64,000 nucleotides of DNA from Lingula anatina (lineage: Eukaryota; Animalia; Brachiopoda), in NCBI GenBank assembly GCA_051362555.1, contig CM120643.1, forward strand, positions 16,744,848 to 16,808,847, written 5' to 3'. The notes under the pieces were generated by a model that was not told where the DNA came from, made no database searches, and saw only the letters and a list, made by a program, of their open reading frames with translations. Made by a program: the position numbers and the translations under genes. Positions 49,179-61,100 of this stretch are shown piece after piece (within the stretch, counting starts at the first letter, position 1; every line of letters starts with the position of its first letter).

Positions 49179-52100
49179 ATGGAGCCAGCCCATGTTGCTA
49201 GACTTGAGGCAGAGCTTGAGAAAGCTGTGCAGAAAATACAGGAAAAGGTTAAACAGTGGTGAGGGTTTGTTATTGTAATTTTTACAGCGTGTCCCAAAAA
49301 CTTTTAAAACACTTCATACGCAACTCAAAGTTCAACGTGGTAGCACTCATAGACCCCATTCCCATAGATTTTAGATCGATCTATCCCTGTGGGGAGTCTC
49401 ACTAGATCACTGTCAGCTTAGATGGCTTAAGCGTCTGTCCCGCCTACTGAAAGCTGTAAGGGGATAATTAACTATGGTGCGGACTTGGCTGACTGCAATT
49501 TAGCGTGAACCCCCAGGGAGTTAGGTCGATCCGGATGGATCGATCTAAATCTCTGGGAATGCACCCTTGGACCCCATTCCCACAGATTTTAGATCTATCT
49601 ATCCCTGTGGGGAGTCTCACTAGTTTACTGTCAGCTTAGCCAGCTTAAGCGACTTTCCTGCCTACTGAAAGCTGTAAGGGGTAATTAACTGTCGTGCGTT
49701 TTAGCGTGATCCCCCAGGGAGTTAGGTCGATCCGGATGGATCGATCTTAATCTCTGGGAATGCACTCTTATTAATGCATTCTGTTATGTGGAAACACTTA
49801 TATAAAGATATAAATGCACATAATTGCAACATGATGATTGGCTAGTGTATCCACTGGGATGTGGGGGCCCTTAAATTTTTATGAAACTTTCCTTTCCTCA
49901 AGTTCCACACTGCTCACAGTTGAAAATGTACACTTCAATCTTTCATGCGTTAACATATACAGTATGTTTTAGCAAATGTAAGTAGGAATGCTAATACATA
50001 AATTTTTGCACTAATCACAAACAAGTTAGCATGCATATTTATACGCAGAGAATACTTGTAGCCGAATATTAAAATTTACTTGGTTTCTTTCCAGGAACAA
50101 GTATAGAGATGACTATGTTGCTTTAAAGGAGCGTTTGACAACATTACCTGATAAAGTTACACATGATATAATGGTAATAAGGGATATTTAGAATAGCACA
50201 CAGACTTATTTATTTATTTATTTATTTATTTTTAAATCATACAATTTATTTGTTTATCAGTAAGTAATACATTTTTGGGGGATGGGGGAAGAAGGTCTAT
50301 AAAGTTGCCACCACTGGTACATCTTGCAAGCAATGTCTTAAGAAATGTATTTATTAGTCAGAAGCTGAAGTTGGGTTACTTTGACTTATGAAAATGATAC
50401 TTTTATTAAATTTCATTTGGTGAATAATAGAATGACTAAATAAAAATATATATACAGAAAAGTTTGAGGTACTCAATTTCAAGTATGTGGCAGTTAATTA
50501 AAATATAACTTGATGACGTAGTTTAATGAACAAGTTTTAATTTGTGCTTCATCAGAAGATGGCTGATTGAAGTGTTTGGGCTATCTCATTCCATTATGTT
50601 AAGATAAATATTTTTGTGTGCAGGTTCCCTTCACATCTGTAGCCTTCATGCCAGGCCAGCTTGTCCACACTAATGAGATACTAGTGCTGCTGGGAGATAA
50701 CTGGTTTGCAGAGCGATCAGCCAAGGAGGCTTCAGAAATAGTGGACAGGAGAATTGCAGGTAATAACATGAGGTAATTGGAATGAAGAAGTAACTGTACA
50801 TAAGACTTGGGATTCGTAATTTTTATTCTCTACTTAGTTCCAATATTTACGTACCTTTAAAACATTGTTTGGTAAGTGAAGGCAAACTTTGACACATTTT
50901 TAAAGTAATTTATTTGAAAAAGGAAGAAAATTATACTATTTATTGTTGAAATGATTATATTTCTGAGGTTCCATATTTACAAATACGTTAAATACCCTGC
51001 AATAAATATTAAAATTATTAATATTAACTATCAGCTGTTGCAGGCATTGAAACTATGTCAATTACGGACACTTACAATAATTACGCCAATTTTGATGTAT
51101 GACACAAAAGCCTTTGTGATCAGCAATAAAGACATGAGTTTTGGTGAGGTATCCTTTGCAAAATACATGTCAAGTCTAATTGTATTTTTCAGCTGTAGAC
51201 AAAAGTCTGGGGGACTTTTCTGAAGAATTAAAACTTTTGGAATCGAGGAGACATTTTACTCGAGATGTAGCACAGGTATAGATGAAGAAATTAATTTGTA
51301 ATCATTATTCTTTCTGCCTGATGTTACTAATCTCTGTTGCACAAAATATATCTCAATATATCTTTTGGAAATTGATAATTGGTTTTAAAATATACCGTCC
51401 TGAACATGTTCTTGACATCGTTAAAAACATTCTTGATTGAACCATAAAATGGTGTTATGTAGAACAGTTGCATCACCATGAATGTGTACTGTCAACACCT
51501 GGTCACTTGCGATATTTAGTCAAAGTCTCCTCCATCAGGTTAATCACCCCTCTCTGTGGCCGCTCACAGATGAAACTGTTCAGGTTGATAAAGCAAGGCA
51601 GATCGTTCCACTTGAAATCATATGAGCCTACCATGTGCATACACCCTTCTGGTAAGCGACAGTAGTTATTATCTGGCTGATTGCCGCCCCATGCTGAGAA
51701 TGTGACAGGTCTCTTTGTGCCATGCCATATCCACACCCCCTCTTTGTCCAGGTCGGTACCACTGGTCCAAAATCCCCAGTGTTTGTATGGGATTTCTAAA
51801 ACATGGAATGAATATAAATTGAGCATTTGACCATTATGTTTAATGTTTAAAACACTCTGGTTTAAGAGACTATTTGGTATTTGAAACTAGATACCGTAAC
51901 AGTGACTAGTATATTATAGAATAAAGATTCAATATTGAAGTGTGCTTTATTTGCATAAAGATATTAATTTATGATAGCAAGACTAAACAAATATAAGTCA
52001 ACTTCAAGTTTCCAGAAGTTCATATAGAACTGATGACATTTACATTGAGTAGGGGAGGTACATATTACTAAGCTCGCCTTTTGGCACAAAACTCAAGTAT

Positions 52101-55100
52101 TCAGAAATTGGATTTTCCCTCAAGATGGTTTCATCATTTTAATATAGAGAAGAATTTCAATATATAGAAGTTTTTTTGTGATGCAAAAAAAAAAAACAAA
52201 CAAACAAACAAAAAAAACAAACAAACATGATTTAATTTATTTATAGAAATCATAGGAAAAGATTAAAAAAGTAAACCCTGAGATGTTGGGGAAAGGATAA
52301 AATTGATTTACATTGGTTTCAGTTGGAAAAATTAACTATGAATGCACCAGTTTACAAATATGGTCATAGAACTAAATGGGTTTGGCAGTTATAAACTTGC
52401 ATCAGTTTGTATATTGCACCAATTTTGCTGTGAACAAATTCCTTTGAAATGCCTAAAGACACTCTTGCACATACACAGATATCAAACAGAGCCTGAGTGG
52501 TAGCTAACAGAGAATTCTGTACCTGGTTTCAATTTATTCCGCTTGATGTGATTCTTGAGAAAATTCTGCTCTGCCTGGGACTCAATACTGACGAGGTTCG
52601 CAGCATGAAGGTCTCTGCACATCTTATTAGCTGACACCCAGTCTGTCTGATGCAACTCGAACACGTAACAAGAAGTCTGGAATGGCGTGAACCCTGGGGG
52701 GCAGGGCGAAAACACCACCTGTGGTTGACTGCCACTCTGGGCTGCTGTGTTCAGATCTGGAAAATGTTTTATAAATCATATAGAAGTTAAAAATACAAAT
52801 TTTATGTTATTAGTAGATATGTTTCCATACAGTTTTATAAGTGTGACACATTGGTGAACACAAATACATGTTTAAAATACTTTATTTTCATTAGCTGATA
52901 TAAGTGTAGGGATACAGCCTACATGTAGTGAATTGGTCTCAAGGTCCAGAGACTTAGTCCTGGTGACTGTCATGTATACTATGGTTTATCTAAGATACAG
53001 ATAAGCCTTATAACTTGAATTATAGTTGATCTCAACAAATCTCATGGTATGTAGTCTGGAATGGTATTTTTTCTCTTTGATATTACCTAGCTTGAAACTT
53101 TGCAAAATTTGAACAGATGTTTTGGTCCAAAGTGTCAGAGTTATGAGGAGTCTACTGTATTTCATTATTTTCTCATTTCTGTTACACCAATCTCTTGCTT
53201 TAGTATATAAGCAGTTTTAAATTTACGAAGTAAGGATTGGTACAAATGGCGAGAAAAAAAGTAAATCTTGGAAGTAAATCAAAGTAGGATTTGGGCAGGA
53301 TACATAATTTTATTAACAACAACTGGAGTGTAGTTACTAGTAGGTGTGTTCCAGATTCATTTTTTCCATTGACCTTCAAGTTGAACGCTGGTAATTTGTT
53401 CCTGCTGGGTCTGTTGCAATTTTCTTCTCCTTATATGTTTACATTTTACTTCTTCTATTTTCTCATAGATTTCTTGTAGTCAGATTGCCAAGCACTCATT
53501 AACTTAAATATAAATCAAGAAAAAATTGCTTAAAGTAGGGTTTCTGTCTAAGAAGTGTTGACGCACTTTCATGAAAAATAACCCTTAATTTCTGGGACAA
53601 CTCCACATTTAATATTTAAATTTATGTTTTGTTATGTTGTCTTTAAAGAAAATAACCCAGTAAGAGGGAAACATTTCATCTGGTTGAACTGATTTAAGAC
53701 GTAAAGTGTAGGTTATTGACTAAGAAAAAAATGAGAATACCATATGATTGGACAGATGTTTTGAGTTAGTGGGGACCCAAGTTTCATTTAATTTTGATCT
53801 GGATAAAATTTTAAAACATTTTAATCTTAATTTTAAGAAGCAGAATCTTACAAATCCCAGTAAACATGTATACTACTGTATACAAATATACTGGGATTTG
53901 TAAGATTTTGCTTCTCAGGGGGTGGGGGTGGGGGTGGGGGGGGGGGGATAAAATGTGTTTGCTTTCCAAAGATTAATCTTGGATGTGATTTAGTAAAACT
54001 ATTCTTATTGGTGTTTTGTGCAGATGCTCACCTCGGCATTAATTGACATGATTCCGTACATGGATATTAGTTCATATTTGTATGCACAACATGATTTATG
54101 CCTTTGTGATACCATTTTGGGTTAAAACCTGTATGTTGGTGAGAGATCTTGATGTGGTATAGAATTTGGATAGATGATCTGGCAGCACACTCAAATCACA
54201 GTTTCACTCACAAATGATTTGCCATTTGTATGAATCAGTGAACATAAGCTAATGTTCTGGCAAGATCTTTGTCAAGTCGAGGTAGATATGTGGTTTTGTT
54301 GGTTTAACCTTTCAGAAACTGTTGTTTGATCTCCACCATAAGTGCCCTGCTGGCTTGAGATGCATTTGACAAGTAAATTTGTGTGGTAGAATAAACCTAG
54401 ATGTTTGTGTCCATGAGCATGTATGTAAGTTTGTGAATTGGCAAGAGAAGTTACATATGAAAGATGTGCATTCTTTCTTTAAGTTAACCTCCCAGCTGTT
54501 AAGTTCACCCCAGTGAGGTTAATGCTGGAAGATGTCCCATTGCCAGGGTCAAGCGAGGCAAGAAAAGTTTAAGATTTTCCCAGCTGTTGAAGTTCTGTGT
54601 TACAAGTCTTTTCTCTCTCTTTCACGTATTTAATGGTTAATAGTTGTTAACTACTTGTGGCAGAAAGGTATAAACACTTTTTTAAATCGAATATAGCCAG
54701 GAGTTATTCTAAATTGAAATCCTGTTCTGCAAATTACTTGCCCCAAAATGCATTCTATCTCCCCCCCCCCCCCCCCCCCCAATGATGCAGGAGAAAATGG
54801 TATCCAACTGTGTCACAACTGTGGGAATGTGGCAAGTTAAGAAGAGGACAGGGAGGACCAAATGTTTCAGACTTTCATTTGGCATCTTGAAAGAAGAAAA
54901 ATTTCAGCCATTACCACCCATACACTTGATCACCAAGAAAGGGAAATATACCCGACTTATTATTATTATTATTATTATTATTGTGTGTGTGTGTGTGCGT
55001 GCGTATATGTGTGTGTATACCCATATGCCTTTCCATGGGGCTCTTAGATAAAGATATAAAGAGAACAGCATTTTATGCCCAGGGAATGGCAATAAGGGTC

Positions 55101-58100
55101 AGTCCATTGCATTTGCTGCCAATGAGGAGTTGATATGAATCCAATGGCCCACAAAGCTGGGTCTTATAATGAGAGGTTGAACCAGCATTACTGAGAACAG
55201 TTTTGTTGTCACCTGAGGAGAACTTGGTTTTTGCAGCCATCTTGTTTCTGATCAACCAGAGCTTAATTATGACCAGTTGTTTGTACGGATAAGTTATATG
55301 TATTACAATGGGTAAAAAGTTGCTTTTGTTCTAATATATTCATTTGTCTTACCTGGCCTGTAGTTATTATGAGCTATTCCTGCCAGCAATTGCTTCTGCA
55401 TCTGCCCTAGTTGTTTCCTCAGGTCCATGGACAGAGAGTTCACAGAAAACTGAACATCGCTGCGCAGCTGGCGTAACTGGTCAGAGATGGCCTGAGAAGA
55501 GCTGAAATATATTTTTTCAAAATTAAGTCGTAATTATGAGTGAGTGTGTGTATAAGAGAATAATTTGCTTTCATATCAAGAAGAGGTTTGAAACATAAAG
55601 ACCAACTTAAACTTTAAAACAGTTATGTCTACATCAATAAAGCTGGAGGGAAAAAAGGGTAACTTAATAAAAATGTGCAGTGAGAAAATGAATTGGAAGT
55701 AATTCAGTTTACAAAAGCCAACTTGGATTCAACAAGGTTTATTTGATCCATCAGTACATGGTACTGTAAAACTAGGGCTGCAGAGTTGGGGGGTCCCCTT
55801 CTGCTGGGAAATCTTTCCAAAACATGCAATTTGGGTAATTTTAAAGTTAAAAGATATGGTTCTGCTGGGCCAAGGTGGGTCTTTTCTAGAATTTTTAAAG
55901 GCTTCAATGTTTGAGTGCTAATCTTTTCTTTAAGAAAAAGAGGTGGGTGTCATGTTATCAAGTTGTTTTATCAGTGATTTAGACATCTAACTGATAGTAA
56001 CTGCATGTTTGTCACAACTACTGAGCTGTGTAAGATGATGAATATTACATATTTTATGTGTACTGAGACATTTAGAAGGTCGGGCACTTTTCTTTGAAGG
56101 CAAAGCACTTTCCATCGGGTGAGTGCATTTTGAAAACATTTTACCACCCTTAGCAAGTGGTAAAATCATATAAATGTTTTACCACTAAATTCCAGTAAAT
56201 TACTAGTATGCTAATTTCTGGTTTTTAGTTTCTGCAAGAGAAAAAATCTGACAAACAGGTTGCCATGTAAGGTTTTCATATCTCATTAGATAATCTGTAC
56301 AAAAATCCATTTGAAGAAATCAATAGATATTATTTTTAAATATTTTTCATCCAGTATGCCTTTAATGTATGAAAGAATACTGTTTGCTTAATTCTTTATG
56401 ATTTTAACTTAAATTTTGTAAATGCTCTCCAGGTGTATTTTTTTTTCATTTACTGAAAAAGTAGGATTTGACAATTTATTTACAAAACCAAACAAATTAA
56501 AGTTGGAACGATCTATGTTGAATGACGCTTTCATTGGGAATGGGACACTAGATAATTAGGGGACAGTGATATTGCATTCTTACCTGGTAGTTGAACAAGT
56601 GCTCTGACAACTTTGAGTTGGACAACATGCTGCTCCCCGCATATCAACAGTAACATAGTGGCGTAGATTGTTTTTGTCAGTGACACCATCATTCTGGATG
56701 GCCTTCTTGGCCTTGTCTTTTGACTGTTTTTCATTGTCCTTCTTTTTACCCTTCTTGCTGTCATGCTGTTGTGTTCTGTCTGTTAAGTGGAAAGGATCCT
56801 CAGCAACTCCTTGTCCAAGCCAGTCTTTACCGAGATTGTCTGAAGAAATTTCACCAGAGTTTTTAAAACTTTCGCTGCCTGTATTGTCTTTTCTTCGGGG
56901 ACCATTCTTAGCCTTGTTTTTTGCCTCTTCCACTTTGGCCTTAGGCAAACTTTTTAAATTTTGAATCACTGGATAACTTTTGCTGGGATCCAAGTTCAAT
57001 CCATCTTCATTTCCATATAAAAAGTTGTTGTTAAGGTCATCATAATCTGATTCATCATACCCTGATCCAATCAACTCAATGTCCACCTCCTCAAAAGTTG
57101 CTGGATGAAGGCATATCAGAAAGAGAGCTAAAAAGAGACCAGTTTCTCTTTGGCAGCCACAAGTTAGCCAAAAAAACTGCATTTTGTAATAAATTTGAAG
57201 TTCCCAGTGCCAGTGATGTAACTTGTGGTAAGGAATCTGTTAAATGTGAAGATTTTGTACCATGTTTTAACAGGTATTTCATCATAATGACTAATGAAAT
57301 GGGGTTTGCCATGGTAATATCCATTTTGCAAATTTTACATTTATATTTACAGCTAAGGAGGGATAACCGATCTTCTTAGTTTCAGTAAAAATTTTTAGTT
57401 TGAAAAATGAAATTTAGGCATTTGTTACTTTAAGATTTTTGGAAATAGCATGAAATAAAAATTTTTGGTAAGCAACAAGTTACTGTATTTGTGAATTGAA
57501 GAAAACCATCTGAATTTTCCCCTTTACAACCCTTTTCTGCCTCTTTGCCTCGTCAAGTGCCTGTAGTTTCAGATTTTTACATCAAAATATTTGAAATATT
57601 TTTGGAACATGACTTTTCACTTGATTTGCCAGGGCTTAAGAGTGATATCTGATTGCAGATTTTAATCTTAGATTCTTCGTAACTGATGTTCAAAGTTACC
57701 AAAAAAGCATAGTCAATTGTTTTCTGGTATTTAAAAGAAACAGCAATTAAAAAATAATAACTACAGATTAATTAGAGGTATAAATATTTCATTTAGAGAA
57801 GTATGAAATGTTTAAAACACTGTTACGGGGGATGCCATATGTAGGCTTTGTGAGCTTATTATCATTCTGCCCCCTTATTTGTTATTCTGGCAATAAGGAA
57901 ATAAGTTGTCTGCATTACCTCAACACGGTTCAGAAAAAATCAACAAATAACACTGTTAAATTTTGTACTAATTTATTTAAGTGGTCAGTTTAGGCTGATT
58001 ATTCAAGCTTCTTATAGAGATTTATACAGAAACCTTTTGGTTAAAATTTTAGTTTAAAAAAAAGCAGCGTGTGCAAGACATCACTTCCTTGAAACTATAA

Positions 58101-61100
58101 AAATATTGACCTTATGAAAATGACAAAATGGTTTCTGGAAATCATTCACTTGATTTAAGCACCTGTTTTTCACCTAAAAGTACGTAAATTACAGCTTGTT
58201 GAACTTTTTGATTGTGTTTGAACAAATACATGCGATGAATTATGTAACCAAAAATAATCCAAGTTTTGACCCCCTTATAAACATACCTGGCCACTTGTCA
58301 AATGTTTTCACACAGTTCTGAATTGTGTGCAACCCAGGAGTGGTTTACCCCAGAAAAAAGTTGTATTTTTTTGTGGGGCAAATCTTTAATGTAAGGCCAA
58401 CCTAATGATTAGATCACTCTGCTTACTTATGTGAAGTACTGAAACACTGCTTGTTTAGAGTTTTTTGTGAAGCTGTTGCCAAGCTAGTCTGTGCAAAAAT
58501 TAGTTCTATGCCTGTTTTTCGTCTATGTTTTCAAGAATAAAAAATTTTTGTTAAGTTATCTGATGTAGACTTCCACTTCAACATTTTTTTCAGTTTATAC
58601 AAGTTTTGCTATACTTTTGAATTGAAATTTTGATTTTTCAAGGTTTTTTCTTTTTTCCAATTTTCTGAAAGTTTTTTTTTATCCAATAATGAATATGGAC
58701 TTGTATTATAGCACCCTGTTGTTATTGAAAGTAACTGATTGCTGCCTTTTTTTCATCTTAGGAAAGTCTTGATCATAGAGAAATCAGGGAGGTGTATGAT
58801 GAAGAAGAGGAAAAGAAATGGAAAGGTATAATTGCTTTCAATTAAGCCATTGCTAATCTTTAAGCTAATTTGCCATTTGAAAATGAAGGTATATATAAAT
58901 ATATATATTGTATACATTGTATTTGATTATTGAAAAGAATTGAAACTAAATCAAAATCTCATCAGTTGAGCTCAGACTGATACCATGCCCTCTATGCCAT
59001 TAAGTGGTGGAATGATATGTATGATAAACAAATTTCTTAATTTGCTTCAAATTTTTCTTCATACTGGTCTGGTGAATATATCTTAAATAATTATGAAAAA
59101 TGTTATTCTCAGAGGAACACAGAAAGAATGTACGGAGGTATCACCAGCAGAAACGCGAAGCAGCAGCCAAGCAGGAAGACCAGGTTAATGAAGACCTGTG
59201 GAGGCACCTTGATGAGCTGGAGATGCAAGAGGCCAGGAATAATGAGATGAATAGGTATGTGTAGGGAATTGCTGAGATACTCTTATGGCAGGGGAATCTT
59301 ATCTCATCAGTTTGAAGTAATATTTAAAAAATGGAAACTTTGGTGTGCTTATAAAGGAAATTGGCTGAATGCCCTTTTTTAGTCATTCTAAAATAAAAAA
59401 TGGGCATTTGGAATCTGTGGGAAATAGAGATGATGGAACATTTTCACAAAATTGTAAATATATCTGATTACTGATTCAAATTTCAGTTCTGTTGTCATCC
59501 TGTCTTTGTAGCTTTTTTTTAACATACCTTTAGTGTGAATAAGCTTGTAATCCAATGGGGATAGTACATAAGTGTTGACTAAGTACAGAAATGGCTCCAT
59601 CTGCTCAATGGGCAAATATGATCAGTCTTTCATAAAACATAATTTTGAAGTAGTAAAAAATCTTCTTTTTTTTTTTGTAGAATTTGTGGTAGTTTCACTG
59701 TATAAAATAGAACTTTTAGAGTAGCTGCTTTTCCATTTTGTTGCTACCACTCAGTAAATGTTCTTATTAAAAAAATTATGTCTGAAATCATGTAAAATTC
59801 ACAATTTTTCTCCTTTGAAATGATTGAGTCATTACCGTATATTGGTGAGGTTGAAGTGCTGGAGTGTGTAGAGTTACAAGGAAGGAGGGTAAGGGGGAAA
59901 TGCATGCCACCCAGACATCCCATGTGACATTCATGTATGTAGTGATGGAAATACACACCCATGTGAAGATGTTTGAGGCATGACCAGACTACCATGGGGG
60001 AAATGATCGCTTAAGAATTTTTTAAATGCCAAAGTTAGTTGTCATTGACATTCCCATAAGAAAAAAATTCTATAGAAAAATTAAATGTCTTGCCATTTAT
60101 TGTAGTTATAGTTTTATGGAATATGCAAGGTTTACTCAAAGTTTACTATGTAGTATATCTTGGGATTATCTTATATGTGTGTGTGTGTGTGTGTGTGTGG
60201 TATCATGTGAAAACACCACTGAGGTGAAATCTAAGCAGTGTGACATCTGAGACCAGGAGCTGCATGAGGTGGGCATTCATGTCAGCCGGCCTCCATTTAC
60301 CATGCAGATGTTCAAATTTGAGCGTTGTTTTAATAACGTGCAATTTTAAATTGTTTGATTTTCTTCATGTACTGAACAGTTTAAGGGACAAGCCTTTTGT
60401 GTCCATTCAGAGCTTAAGCAATTGATACCTTGATACAGTGGATATTTTGTAGGGATTTTGGACTTAGCTTGTTCTCTGTCTGAATTCAGATGGCAGACTT
60501 GACTAAGTTGACTTGGCAATATTAGTTGCCATGAGCTGCAATGTTTTATAAATACTACAAGACTGCTCAATGTTAGTTGTTCACTGAAATAAAGCCACAT
60601 TACAATGGTGTGCAAAATCTGTTGACAACTGAAGCATAAAAGGAGCGAAGTAACTAGTTTAGCTCCATATTTCATTCAGTGACAGGAAAAGACACTTTTC
60701 CTGTAAACCACAAGCTGTGCCATGAGAAATACAAGGTTCATATTAGCATTTAACCTTTACTGGAATCATTTGTAGTAATCTTAATTAAGTTAAAGTAATT
60801 TTCCATATCTTGTTTTGTGACAGGAAGTTCATATGTGCATGTAAATTGAGTAACACCCACGTGCGGTTTTGGGAAATGGGTACTCCGTGATGGTAAAGTG
60901 TTATGAGACTTTGGCTAGACAGTGTGTACAATCTGCACATTTTCCGTATCCTGTGAAGGAGGAAGCAGTAATTTTACAGAATAGATTGTAAAAAATTTGG
61001 TGGCTGCAATGGTAAAATGAATAAGTTCAGCATTTCCCAAGGAAAATAAAATTTCGCAATAAAGCACTTACAGCTGAGCACCATGAATGGTACTCACCTG

